NCBI GenBank assembly: GCA_963692995.1
Contig: OY843611.1
Location: forward strand, 969,395 to 1,033,394
From: Dehalococcoidia bacterium
Lineage (GTDB): Bacteria; Chloroflexota; Dehalococcoidia; Lucifugimonadales; UBA3495
DNA length: 64,000 bases
Reading direction: 5' to 3'
The translations under genes were made by a program, and so were the position numbers. The notes beneath the pieces were generated by a model. It was not told the origin of the DNA, ran no database searches, and was given only the letters and a program-made list of their open reading frames with translations. Shown one piece after another: positions 35,034-44,557 of this stretch. Position 1 is the first letter of the stretch. Each line of letters starts with the position of its first letter.

Positions 35034-36917
35034 ATGGTACGTCGTCCGTGTGCATTATTCGCGCCGGTGATGGGCGCGTTGTTGGCATTAGCATTACTGA
35101 CCGTTGTGGCCTGTGGAGGAGCCGAAGCGCCTCAGGAAGCCCCAACCACCGCACCCGCCGACGGCGACCGCGCGGCGAGTCCGGCTCAACCACAATCGCA
35201 AGCCCAGCCCCAACAGCCGGCTCAGCCGCAAAACCAGAGTCAAACCGCCGCAGAACCCACCGCCACCGGCGTGCCCCCAGCGGCTGGCGAAGCGGCTGCC
35301 ACTCCGACGCCCCTTCCGACGGCTCTGCCGTCCGAGGTGGTGGCTAACCCCATCACCAAGGCCGTGTATCCCGACGCCCAATGGGGCGGAATCCTGCGCC
35401 GCGGCGGTTACGGCGATCCGGCGCACTACGACCTGATGCAGGTGTCCAGCGTCGTCAACTCCTTCAAGCAGATGATGCTGCTCAACAACGTGCTGCGTTA
35501 CAACCCTATAGACGCTGGCAAAACCGTCATCCCCGACCTGGCTACCAACTGGGAGGTTTCCGACGACGGCAAGGTTTGGACCTTCCCATTGCGAGAGGGA
35601 GTGCAGTTCCACGACGGGACGATAATGAACGCCGCCGACGTGGCCGCATCGTGGTCAAGGGTCATCGATCCCCCCGGAGGCGTGATCAGCGCGCGTCAGG
35701 GCTTGTACACTCCCTTCGGGCCGACGGTGGAGGTGATTGACCCGCTGACGGTGGAGTTCACCTTTGCGAAAGCGCCGCCACTTGACTATGGCCTGAATGC
35801 CTTTGCGCTGGAGTGGCATGGCGTTTTCCCCAAAGCCTTCCTGGAAGCGCACCGCTATGACCTCAAGTTAAACGGCGCCGAAGCTCCCGGCACCGGCGCT
35901 TTCCGGTTCCTGGAACATCAGGAGGGGGAAGTCTGGAAGAACGAGCGCTTCCCGGACTACTGGAACGAGGGTCTGCCCTACCTCGATGAAGTATGGACCT
36001 ACCCCTTGGGCAACAGCTCAACCCGTTCCGCAGCTCTGATTGCCGGCAACGTGGAATTTGCTCAGACCATCGATCCCGCCGCCTACGAAATCCTGCGGAA
36101 TGACGACCGGTATGAGGCGCAGCCTTTCTCGTCATACTCCTACGGCGCCGTCTGGTTCAACACCGACAAAGAACCCTGGAACGACCCGAGGGTGCGGAAA
36201 GCCATGTGGCTGGCCATCGACCGGGTGGCAATTCACGAGGTCCTCAGCGAGTTTGTTTTTGGCTATACGGGCGGCACCGGGTGGACCTTCCAGGACCAGG
36301 CTTTCCAATTGCCGCGGGAAGAGATAGCTGCCCGGCTGGTGTTCGATCGCGCGGCTGCCGAAGCCGAGGCCAAGCGGCTGATGACGGAGGCCGGCTACGG
36401 CGAGGGCATCAAGAACGTTGACCTGATGCAAAGAGACCCTAACAGCGCCTTCTACACTGCCGGGGCGCAGGTCGTGCAACTTGAGTTCAAGCGAGTCCTG
36501 GGGATTGAATCGACCATCCGCCCGGTGGCGTCCGCCGTCTGGTTCGAGGAAATTGCCAACCGCAATTTTGACATTACTTTGGGCGCCACTGCGGCTCCGT
36601 TCATCGACCCGTCGGCCTACCTGAACACTTTCTACAACTGCGCGGGCGGCGAAAACTACTCCAACTATTGCAACCCCGAATTCGACGCCATCATGGAACA
36701 GGTGGATGCCGAACCCGATTTCGACAAGCGTTATGACCTGGTGCAACAGGCCGCGCAAATCCTGGATGCGGACCCGCCAACCGTGGAATTCTGGTACAAC
36801 CGCACGCTGGCCGCCTGGCGCACCTGCGTCCACGGCATCGAAGGCAAGCACGGCGCCCTGGTGCACAACCTGGACCGCATGGACACCGTGTGGATGGATG
36901 AGGAGTGCCGGCAGTAA
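35034..36917 (+). CDS. ABC transporter substrate-binding lipoprotein, family 5 (peptide/nickel, DppA/OppA-like), paralogue 1
   Basis: Lipobox 'LALALLTVVAC-GG', a Pro/Gln-rich linker, and a family-5 SBP body (e.g. 'LRYNPIDAGKTVIPDLATNWEVSDDGKVWTFPLREGVQFHDG'). AGGAGG upstream. Confidence 0.9.
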   Translation: MVRRPCALFAPVMGALLALALLTVVACGGAEAPQEAPTTAPADGDRAASPAQPQSQAQPQQPAQPQNQSQTAAEPTATGVPPAAGEAAATPTPLPTALPSEVVANPITKAVYPDAQWGGILRRGGYGDPAHYDLMQVSSVVNSFKQMMLLNNVLRYNPIDAGKTVIPDLATNWEVSDDGKVWTFPLREGVQFHDGTIMNAADVAASWSRVIDPPGGVISARQGLYTPFGPTVEVIDPLTVEFTFAKAPPLDYGLNAFALEWHGVFPKAFLEAHRYDLKLNGAEAPGTGAFRFLEHQEGEVWKNERFPDYWNEGLPYLDEVWTYPLGNSSTRSAALIAGNVEFAQTIDPAAYEILRNDDRYEAQPFSSYSYGAVWFNTDKEPWNDPRVRKAMWLAIDRVAIHEVLSEFVFGYTGGTGWTFQDQAFQLPREEIAARLVFDRAAAEAEAKRLMTEAGYGEGIKNVDLMQRDPNSAFYTAGAQVVQLEFKRVLGIESTIRPVASAVWFEEIANRNFDITLGATAAPFIDPSAYLNTFYNCAGGENYSNYCNPEFDAIMEQVDAEPDFDKRYDLVQQAAQILDADPPTVEFWYNRTLAAWRTCVHGIEGKHGALVHNLDRMDTVWMDEECRQ

Positions 36918-36931
36918 CCGCCTCAACGACT

Positions 36932-36972
36932 GTCGCCGGGAGCGTCCACGGCAACCGGAAACTCCCGGCGAC
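36932..36972 (+). terminator. Stem-loop after SBP paralogue 1 (possible terminator)
   Basis: 11-bp stem 'GTCGCCGGGAG'-19 nt-'CTCCCGGCGAC', starting 15 nt after the stop. No U-run. Confidence 0.4.
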
Positions 36973-36997
36973 ACCAATGTAAATCGAATATTTACCA

Positions 36998-37026
36998 TTG
37001 ACATCCGCAATGTTAGCGCCTACAAT
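36998..37026 (+). promoter_or_regulatory. Predicted sigma-70-type promoter for SBP paralogue 2
   Basis: TTGACA (36998-37003), 17-nt spacer, TACAAT (37021-37026). The downstream flank is homologous to that of the 34807 promoter. It implies a ~190-nt leader before TTG 37221. Confidence 0.55.
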
Positions 37027-37220
37027 CGCCGCAGTCGGTCGGGAATGATTTCGCTGTTGTTGGCGCGTGTACGCAATTTATCAGCAGAATCAATATTGCA
37101 GAGCGACCAATATCGTGCGGATTAACAACATATAAAGCGAATTACGGTTCCCGAAATTGCAGATGCTTGCGCCGGCTAATCTCGGATAGCGGCAGGTGAT
37201 TGGAGACCTGTGGAGGACAT

Positions 37221-39053
37221 TTGAAACCGAAGCGACTGATTACATCACCCGCCACGGCGCTGGGCGCCGTACTGACGATAATTCTGCTCGCCGCCGCGGC
37301 TTGCGGCGGAACCGGCGCGCCGGCTGATACGGGATCAGCGGGTTCCGCCGCCGGCTCCGGGGGCAGTAGCGGCGGCGCGCAACCCCAGGCTACCCGGGTT
37401 CCGCCGACGGCCCGCCCGACCACCCCGCCCGACGCTACCCCCACGCCGCTGCCGGCGGCGCTGCCGTCCGAGGTGCTGGCTAATCCCGTCACCAAGGACG
37501 CCTACCCTGACGCGCAGTGGGGCGGCATCCTGCGGCGCGGCGGCTATTTTGACCCGGCGCATTATGACCTGATGCAAGTCTCCAGCGTGTCCAACTCCTT
37601 CAAGCAGATGATGGTGTTGAACAACCTGCTGCGGTACAACCCTCTGGACGCCGGCAAGACGATCATCCCGGACATCGCCACCAGTTGGGACGTGTCGGAA
37701 GACGGCAAGACCTGGACGTTCCCGCTGCGCGAGGGCGTGTCCTTCCACAACGGCGGCGCCATGGACGCCGACGACGTGGCCGCATCCTGGTCCCGTGTCA
37801 TTGACCCGCCCCCCGGCGTAGTCAGCGCGCGCAAGGGCCTGTACACGCCCTTCGGCCCATCGATTGAGGTCATTGACCCGTTGACGGTTGCCTTCAACTT
37901 TGAGAAGGCTCCGCCGCTGAACTATGGCCTGAACCTGTTCGCCCTGGAATGGCACGGGGTTTTTGAAAAGGACTTCCTCGAAGCGAACAACTATGACCTG
38001 AAGCTCAACGGCGCGGATGCGCCGGCCACGGGCGCGTTCCGGTTCCTGGAGCACCAGGAGGGCGAGGTCTGGAAGAACGAGCGGTTCCCGGACTACTGGA
38101 ACGAAGGACTGCCCTACTTGGATGAAGTGTGGACCTACCCGCTGGGCAACAGCACCAGCCGATCCGCTGCCCTGTTGGCCGGCAACGTGGAATTCTCCCA
38201 AACGGTTGACCCGGCGGCCTTTGAGATCCTCCAGGACGACGACCGCTACGAGGCGCAGCCTTTCTCGTCATATTCCTACCTGTCGGTGTGGATAAACACG
38301 GACCGGGAGCCCTGGAACGACCCACGAGTGCGCAAGGCCCTGTGGCTGGCCTTGGACCGCGACGCCATCCACGAAGTGGTCAGCGAGTGGCTCTACGGTT
38401 ACCGGGGCGGCACCGGCTGGACCTTCCAGGACCAGGCTTTTCAGCTGCCCATGGCAGAAATCGATAAGCGCCTGGTGTTCGACCGTCCCGCCGCAGAAGC
38501 TGAGGCGAAGCGGCTGATGGCCGAAGCCGGCTACGCCGAGGGCATCAAGAACGTTGACCTGATGCAGCGCGACCCCAACAGCGCCCACTGGACGGCGGCG
38601 GCCCAGGTCGTCCAGCTGGAGTACCGGCGCATCCTGGGCATCGAGTCTGATATCCGTCCGGTAGCGTCGGCGGTGTGGTTCGAGGAACTGGCCAACCGCA
38701 ACTTCGACTTGACCATCGGCGGCATCGCCTCGCCATTCATCGACCCGTCGGCGTACATGAACAGCTTCTACCGCTGCGGCGGCGGCGAGAACCACTCCAA
38801 CTATTGCAACCCCGAGTTCGACGCCATCATGGAACAAGTGGACTCCGAAACCGACTTCGACAAGCGTTACGACCTGGTGCAGCAGGCGGCGGAGATTCTC
38901 GACGCGGACCCGCCGACGGTCGAATACTGGTACAACCGCACCCTGGCGGCCTGGCGCAGCTGCGTCCACGGCATCGAGGGCAAGCACGGCGCGCTGGTGC
39001 ACAACTTGGATCGTATGGACACCGTGTGGATGGACGACGAGTGCCGGCAGTAG
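37221..39053 (+). CDS. ABC transporter substrate-binding lipoprotein, family 5, paralogue 2
   Basis: From TTG 37221 (GGAGG 4 nt upstream): (M)KPKRLITSPATALGAVLTIILLAAAAC-GG. The mature part is highly similar to 35034-36917. The track ORF starts at 37200. Confidence 0.9.
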   Translation: MKPKRLITSPATALGAVLTIILLAAAACGGTGAPADTGSAGSAAGSGGSSGGAQPQATRVPPTARPTTPPDATPTPLPAALPSEVLANPVTKDAYPDAQWGGILRRGGYFDPAHYDLMQVSSVSNSFKQMMVLNNLLRYNPLDAGKTIIPDIATSWDVSEDGKTWTFPLREGVSFHNGGAMDADDVAASWSRVIDPPPGVVSARKGLYTPFGPSIEVIDPLTVAFNFEKAPPLNYGLNLFALEWHGVFEKDFLEANNYDLKLNGADAPATGAFRFLEHQEGEVWKNERFPDYWNEGLPYLDEVWTYPLGNSTSRSAALLAGNVEFSQTVDPAAFEILQDDDRYEAQPFSSYSYLSVWINTDREPWNDPRVRKALWLALDRDAIHEVVSEWLYGYRGGTGWTFQDQAFQLPMAEIDKRLVFDRPAAEAEAKRLMAEAGYAEGIKNVDLMQRDPNSAHWTAAAQVVQLEYRRILGIESDIRPVASAVWFEELANRNFDLTIGGIASPFIDPSAYMNSFYRCGGGENHSNYCNPEFDAIMEQVDSETDFDKRYDLVQQAAEILDADPPTVEYWYNRTLAAWRSCVHGIEGKHGALVHNLDRMDTVWMDDECRQ

Positions 39054-39063
39054 CCTAACCGCG

Positions 39064-39090
39064 CCGGGGCGGGTTTCAAACCCGCCCCGG
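39064..39090 (+). terminator. GC-rich stem-loop between SBP paralogue 2 and the permease genes (possible partial terminator or mRNA-stabilising hairpin)
   Basis: 'CCGGGGCGGG tttcaaa CCCGCCCCGG', a 10-bp perfect stem. This position is typical of ABC operons that over-express the binding protein. Confidence 0.45.
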
Positions 39091-39145
39091 TAGGGCAGCC
39101 GCAGCAAATCGACACTTTGGAACAACCCGATTAGGAGATGGCGTA

Positions 39146-40102
39146 ATGCAAAAGTACATCCTGCGCCGTGTGCTGCTGGCGATCCCAGCGCTCATCGGGT
39201 TGACCATCATCATCTTTCTGGTGATGCGCATCCTGCCTGGCGACGTGCTGACGGTGATGTTCGGGGAAGAGGGCACTCTCCAGCTCAGTGAGGAAGATCG
39301 CCAACGCATCATCGCCAGCCTCGGGTTGGACAAGCCCATTTACCTGCAATACGTGGACTGGCTCAAGGACATCGTTACGCTGAAACTCGGCCAGTCCTTC
39401 TGGCGCTCCAGCACCGTTATGGACCTCGTCGTCAGCCGTGGCCCCATCACCCTGGAGATCGCCATCATCTCGGTGCTGCTATCGTGGGTAATCGGCCTGC
39501 CGGTGGGGATACTGGCGGCGATGAAACGAAACAGTATCTTCGACTACATTGGGCGGTTCTTCTCGATACTGTTCTTGGCCATACCCAACTTCTGGTTAGG
39601 CACCGTCATCGTATTGACACTGGTGTTAACGCTGGAATGGAAAGCGCCGCTGGGGGTCATCAACATCTGGGAAAACCCCTGGGAAAATCTGCAAATCGTG
39701 TGGGGGCCGGCTCTGGTCTTGGGATTGGGTCAGGCGGCCTACGTGTGTCGCATGGCCCGGTCGGCGCTGCTGGAGACGATCCACGAGGACTACATCCGCA
39801 CGGCCCGGGCTAAAGGATTGGCGGAACGCCTGGTCATCCTGCGCCATGCCCTGCGCAACGCCATCATGCCGGTGATTACTCTGTCCGGCGTGCTGCTGGG
39901 CTTCCTCATCGGCGGCTCGGTGGCGGTGGAGCAGGCCTTCGGAGTGCCCGGCTTGGGCCGGACGCTGGTGGCGGCCTTCTTCGAGCGGGACTACGTGGTG
40001 ATCCAGAACCTGGTGCTGTTGTACGGCATCGTGTTCGTGCTGACCAATCTGCTGGTGGACATATCCTACGCCTGGATTGACCCGCGGATCCGCTACAGCT
40101 AA
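39146..40102 (+). CDS. ABC transporter permease (DppB/OppB-like)
   Basis: 318 aa. 'MQKYILRRVLLAIPALIGLTIIIFLVMRILPGD' and the EAA-loop region 'EDYIRTARAKGL'. Confidence 0.9.
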   Translation: MQKYILRRVLLAIPALIGLTIIIFLVMRILPGDVLTVMFGEEGTLQLSEEDRQRIIASLGLDKPIYLQYVDWLKDIVTLKLGQSFWRSSTVMDLVVSRGPITLEIAIISVLLSWVIGLPVGILAAMKRNSIFDYIGRFFSILFLAIPNFWLGTVIVLTLVLTLEWKAPLGVINIWENPWENLQIVWGPALVLGLGQAAYVCRMARSALLETIHEDYIRTARAKGLAERLVILRHALRNAIMPVITLSGVLLGFLIGGSVAVEQAFGVPGLGRTLVAAFFERDYVVIQNLVLLYGIVFVLTNLLVDISYAWIDPRIRYS

Positions 40103-40128
40103 TCCGGCCGGCGCACAGGAGCATAATC

Positions 40129-41046
40129 GTGGCACAGGAAAACACGGCAGCAACTGCCGGCGAAGCCCTCGTTCAACCGGAGGTCCCGCGCAGCCGAGGC
40201 TGGTGGTGGGTCATCATCCGCTTCTGCCAGCGCAACCCCATGGGCGCCGTATCCGGCTTTATGATCATCGCCATAGTGGCGGTGGCCCTCCTCGCTCCCT
40301 GGGTCTCGACACACCATCCCACCGATGAAGCCAACTTCCGCGCCTTGCGGAAGCCACCCAGTTCGGCGCACTGGCTGGGCACCGATGATATTGGCCGTGA
40401 CCTCTACAGCCGGGTCGTGCATGGCGCCCGGATCTCCCTGTTCGTCGCCCTGGTCGCGGTGGTGGTCGGCGACTTCATTGGCGCCGCCTGGGGAGTGGCG
40501 ACGGGGTACATCGGCGGAAAGTTCGACATCTACAGCCAGCGATTCCTCGAGTTGATGATGTCCTTCCCCACGCTGATCCTGGCGATGATACTGGTGCTGG
40601 CCATGGGGGCCGGCGTCTGGACGGTGATCGTCGCCATCAGCATCACCCGTGTTCCAATCGCGGTGCGGGTGATCCGGTCGGTGACCCTGAGCGTCAAGGA
40701 GTACGCCTACGTGGACGCCGCCCAGGCCATCGGCGCGTCCAGCAGTCGGGTAATGGTACGGCACATCGCCCCCCAGTGCGTCGCGCCCTGGCTAGTGCTG
40801 GCGACGGCGCACCTGGGGTCGGTAATTATCCTGGAGGCATCTTTGGGGTTCTTGGGCGTCGGTGTGCCGCTGCCGACGGCAACCTGGGGCAATATGCTGG
40901 GCGGGCCGGTAGCCGCCGGGCTGATCCCCCGCTGGTGGATGGTGGTATTCCCCGGCTTGGCTATCACGATCACGGTGCTGGCGTTCAACTTGTTCGGCGA
41001 CTCCATCCGCGACGCCCTCGACCCCAAGCTGCGGGGACGGACCTAG
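40129..41046 (+). CDS. ABC transporter permease (DppC/OppC-like)
   Basis: 305 aa, GTG start with AGGAG upstream. 'HWLGTDDIGRDLYSRVVHGARISL', 'EYAYVDAAQAIGAS'. Confidence 0.9.
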   Translation: MAQENTAATAGEALVQPEVPRSRGWWWVIIRFCQRNPMGAVSGFMIIAIVAVALLAPWVSTHHPTDEANFRALRKPPSSAHWLGTDDIGRDLYSRVVHGARISLFVALVAVVVGDFIGAAWGVATGYIGGKFDIYSQRFLELMMSFPTLILAMILVLAMGAGVWTVIVAISITRVPIAVRVIRSVTLSVKEYAYVDAAQAIGASSSRVMVRHIAPQCVAPWLVLATAHLGSVIILEASLGFLGVGVPLPTATWGNMLGGPVAAGLIPRWWMVVFPGLAITITVLAFNLFGDSIRDALDPKLRGRT

Positions 41047-41078
41047 TCCTGCCTCCGCAGCGGCCATCGTCGATTAGA

Positions 41079-42398
41079 GTGGCACAGCTCTCGTCCACCC
41101 GGGGGGCCGCCGGCGGTTGGCGTCGCTGGCTTCGCAATTCGCGCTTTTGGCTGGCGGCGGGGTTGCTCATCGTCACGCTAGTGGCGATATGGGCATACCG
41201 CGCGTTTCAGCTGGAACCGTTGCTCTTCCCGCCTCCCGCCGCCGTTGCTGACCATCAAATGTCGGCGGCGAACGGCGATTGGCCATCCCTAAGGCGCGGC
41301 GCGGACGGGTCGGCATGGTCGCCGGGCCCGGCGCCGGAGGCTCCGTTCCGGGCGCTGTGGGAAATTGAGACGCCCGGCGTCATGATAGCCAGCCCGGCGG
41401 TGGTTGGCGACATGGTGTTCATCACCACCGCGGACGGCGTGGCGGCCGGATTGAATGCCGAAGATGGAGAAACCCTGTGGGACTATGCAATCGGCTCGCC
41501 CTCGGACAGCGCGCCGGCGGTGGCGGGCGGCGCCGTTTATCTGGGGGCGCGGAACCATCGGATCCTGGCGTTGGGTCAGCAGGACGGGCGGCTCCGGTGG
41601 GAGCGCAACCTGGGCAACATCGTGCTGGGGTCGGCCATCGTGGTGGACGGCACGGTGTACATCGGCTCCACCAACGGAAAGCTGGAAGCCTTGGACGCGG
41701 CCACCGGAGAGCAGCGGTGGTCCGTGACGACCGACGGCTGGGTGGTGGGACATCCGGCAACGGATGGATCGGTAGTGGCCGCCACGTCGTTGGGTGAACG
41801 GTTCATCACGATAGATGCTGCAACGGGGCGACGGCGGCTGGTGTTCTTCTCCGGCACGCCTGTCGTGGGTGGGCCGGTGATCGCCGATGGACGGGCGTAT
41901 TTCGTCACCAACCGGGGCGGAGTGTGGGCGGTGGATCCGACGGCGGTGAGCCGTCCCTTCAGCCGGTTTGCCTACGTCGCCAGGTTCAATTTCTTCTACT
42001 GGCGGCTGCTGAAAACTCCGCCCCGGCAGACGGGCACGGTCTGGGTAGCGTCGGCGCAAGGGCGGGTGAAATACAGCCCGGCTTACGCCAATGGCCGGCT
42101 GTTCGTCGTCAACGAAAGCAACAAAGTAACCGCCTTTGACGGGGCCGGCGGGCAGGAATTATGGGAGGCTCAGCTGGAAAAGGAGGTCGTCGCCGAGCCG
42201 GTGGCCGCCGGCGATTTCTTGATGCTGGGAACGGCGGACGGCGCGTTGATCGCCCTCAATGTCGCCGACGGAGCGGAAGCGTGGCGGCACACCTTGGAAG
42301 GCAGCCGACTGTCGGCGGCGCCGGCCGTGTCCGGCGAAACGCTGTACGTTCCCACCACCGACGGACGCCTGTGGGCGTTGCGGGGCCGGCTGCAATGA
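41079..42398 (+). CDS. Membrane-anchored PQQ-like (BamB-type) beta-propeller repeat protein
   Basis: In-frame GTG 41079, after the permease stop. TM 'FWLAAGLLIVTLVAIWAY'. Repeated 'G.(V/L)Y.G...G.L.ALDA.TGE..W' blades. Confidence 0.75.
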   Translation: MAQLSSTRGAAGGWRRWLRNSRFWLAAGLLIVTLVAIWAYRAFQLEPLLFPPPAAVADHQMSAANGDWPSLRRGADGSAWSPGPAPEAPFRALWEIETPGVMIASPAVVGDMVFITTADGVAAGLNAEDGETLWDYAIGSPSDSAPAVAGGAVYLGARNHRILALGQQDGRLRWERNLGNIVLGSAIVVDGTVYIGSTNGKLEALDAATGEQRWSVTTDGWVVGHPATDGSVVAATSLGERFITIDAATGRRRLVFFSGTPVVGGPVIADGRAYFVTNRGGVWAVDPTAVSRPFSRFAYVARFNFFYWRLLKTPPRQTGTVWVASAQGRVKYSPAYANGRLFVVNESNKVTAFDGAGGQELWEAQLEKEVVAEPVAAGDFLMLGTADGALIALNVADGAEAWRHTLEGSRLSAAPAVSGETLYVPTTDGRLWALRGRLQ

Positions 42399-42510
42399 CC
42401 CTAATGCTTCGCACGGTCTTTACGTTGCAGCGGCTTTGCGGCAACTCCCGGTTTCCGGGCCTCGCCATGCGTCGGTCTCTCAAACCGGCAAGTGGGATCA
42501 AGCGGCCCGG

Positions 42511-42539
42511 TTGACGGTGATTCCTGGCGTGCCTATACT
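42511..42539 (+). promoter_or_regulatory. Predicted sigma-70-type promoter upstream of the tam-like methyltransferase
   Basis: TTGACG, 17 nt, TATACT, ending ~43 nt before ATG 42582. Confidence 0.45.
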
Positions 42540-42581
42540 CGTCGCAGTCGCAATCGACGCCAAGGAGAACATACTGACACT

Positions 42582-43406
42582 ATGACGCAAGCATCCCCCC
42601 ACCAGCGCGACTTGGCCGGCGAGTCCTGGGATCCGGGCCAATATCTCAAGTTTTCCGACCACCGCTTGAGGCCGGCGCTGGATCTGATGGGGCGGATACC
42701 CCTGGAACATCCGCAGACGGTATTCGACTTGGGCTGCGGCAGCGGGAACGTCACTCGCCTGCTGGCCGACCGCTGGCCGGACGCCGACGTGGCCGGCATC
42801 GACAACTCGCCGGAGATGCTGGCTCAGGCGGCGTCAACCGCCTCGCGAGTCCGCTGGCTGGCCGGCGATCTGGCGGACTGGCAGCCCGACCGAACCCCGG
42901 CAATCCTGTATTCCAACGCTGTGATTCAATGGGTGCCCGACCACCACGAGTTGGTGCCCCGCATGTGGGACACGCTGCCACCCGGCGGATGCCTGGCGGT
43001 GCAGGCTCCACTGAGCTGGGATATGCGTTCGCATCAGCTCATGCGGGAAACGCTGGATAATGGCAGTGCGGGAGGAAAAACCATCGGCAGTACGGAATTG
43101 CGGACCGCGGTGGGCAACCGCTGGGTGCAAGACCCCGATTTTTACTACGATATGCTGGCTCCCGACGCCGACCACCTGGACGTGTGGACGACCGAGTACC
43201 AGCACGTTTTGACCGGCGACGACGCAGTCCTGGAATGGGTTACCGGGACCGGCCTGCGCCCCATTTTAAACGGCCTGGATGACGCCGAACGCGCAGTTTA
43301 TCTCGACGAATATCGGCGTCGCCTGAGCAGCGAGTATCCCAGGCGAGGCGACGGGGTTACGCTGTACCCCTTTCGGCGGCTGTTCTTCGTGGCGGTACGA
43401 AAGTAA
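42582..43406 (+). CDS. tam: Trans-aconitate 2-methyltransferase-like SAM-dependent methyltransferase
   Basis: 'WDPGQYLKFSDHRLRPALDLMGRIP', SAM motif 'VFDLGCGSGNVT', 'LYSNAVIQWVPDH'. ATG 42582 with AAGGAGA upstream. Confidence 0.75.
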   Translation: MTQASPHQRDLAGESWDPGQYLKFSDHRLRPALDLMGRIPLEHPQTVFDLGCGSGNVTRLLADRWPDADVAGIDNSPEMLAQAASTASRVRWLAGDLADWQPDRTPAILYSNAVIQWVPDHHELVPRMWDTLPPGGCLAVQAPLSWDMRSHQLMRETLDNGSAGGKTIGSTELRTAVGNRWVQDPDFYYDMLAPDADHLDVWTTEYQHVLTGDDAVLEWVTGTGLRPILNGLDDAERAVYLDEYRRRLSSEYPRRGDGVTLYPFRRLFFVAVRK

Positions 43407-43440
43407 AACGGGCCGCCAGCAACTATTCGGAGGTGCGATT

Positions 43441-44376
43441 ATGACGGTTCTGGTTTTGGGCGGCGCCGGGTTCATTGGCCCGCGGGTTATTCGCAAACTG
43501 GTGGAACGGGGCGAGGACGTGTACGCCTCGGACATCAACCCAATACCGGATATCCCGGGGGTTGATCGGGACGCCATCCGAACTTCTCGGGTGGACATCA
43601 CCGAGTTCGAGCAGGTGGCCCGCGCCATCGTCGAATCCCAACCGGATCGCATCATCAACCTGGCCTACCTGCTGGGCGGCGGCGAGGGCAATCCGCACCA
43701 CCAGATGCGTCTGAACATCCTGGGCATGGACAACTGCTTTGAAGCCGGACGGTTGCTGGGCGTCAATCGCATCGTTTACGCCAGTTCGGTTGCCGTCAGC
43801 GGGCAGCAGTCCAATTTCGGTGACCGCGATGCCAACGAGGATGACGGCGTATTCGGCACGAGCCAGTACGCCACTCACAAAATCTTCAACGAGTTCCAGG
43901 CCAAGATGTTCAACGAGAACTACGGAATGAGCATCACCGGGATCAGGCCGGCTAACGTGACCGGGCCCGACAAGGTGCGCGGCTCCGTGGACCACGTGCG
44001 CTGCATAACGCTGCCGGCCCGCGGCGAACCCGTGAGCTTCCCCTACCAGGATATGTGGCGGCTGCCCATCCACGTGGAGGACATCGCCGAAGCTTTCGTC
44101 CGCGTTTCCCTGGTGGATCGCAGCGAGGGCGCGGTGTACAACTCCGGCGGCACGCCCATCAGCCTGGGCGACCTGGCCGATATAGTGCGCGGCTACCTTC
44201 CCGACGCGCAAATCTCCTTCGACAACGAGGGCGGACGCGAGCATTCCGGCAACTACCTGGTGGACAACAGCCGGCTGCTCACCGAGTTCGAGCTGTCCTA
44301 CCCGCCATTCCGGCAGCGCGTCCTGGAAATCATCAACGAGGTGCGCGCCGACGAGGGTTTGCCCTTGGTAAGTTAG
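43441..44376 (+). CDS. NAD-dependent epimerase/dehydratase (extended SDR)
   Basis: 'MTVLVLGGAGFIGPRVIRKLVERGEDV' Rossmann motif and the catalytic 'YATHK'. Confidence 0.85.
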   Translation: MTVLVLGGAGFIGPRVIRKLVERGEDVYASDINPIPDIPGVDRDAIRTSRVDITEFEQVARAIVESQPDRIINLAYLLGGGEGNPHHQMRLNILGMDNCFEAGRLLGVNRIVYASSVAVSGQQSNFGDRDANEDDGVFGTSQYATHKIFNEFQAKMFNENYGMSITGIRPANVTGPDKVRGSVDHVRCITLPARGEPVSFPYQDMWRLPIHVEDIAEAFVRVSLVDRSEGAVYNSGGTPISLGDLADIVRGYLPDAQISFDNEGGREHSGNYLVDNSRLLTEFELSYPPFRQRVLEIINEVRADEGLPLVS

Positions 44377-44435
44377 CCGCGGCGTAAACTAGCCACGGTT
44401 GATATTCGCCACAGCTAATGTTAGCGGCGGCGCGC

Positions 44436-44464
44436 TTGCCGCCGTTTCGCATCGCCCATATAAT
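44436..44464 (+). promoter_or_regulatory. Predicted sigma-70-type promoter upstream of the LLM oxidoreductase gene
   Basis: TTGCCG, 17 nt, TATAAT, ending ~93 nt before ATG 44558. Confidence 0.4.
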
Positions 44465-44557
44465 GCCGCTATCAGCAGTCAACCGAACCCGTCCAGTTGC
44501 GCCCATTGATGTGCCACTTCCTTTGCGGATCAACCGGACCAGAAGGAGGATTTCCCG

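Noticed and set aside
40776-41078. 5' extension of the PQQ-propeller ORF into the permease gene
   Set aside because: It overlaps the DppC-like permease in another frame and is Arg/Gly/Pro-rich. An in-frame GTG at 41079, just after the permease stop, precedes the TM helix, so I use it as the start.
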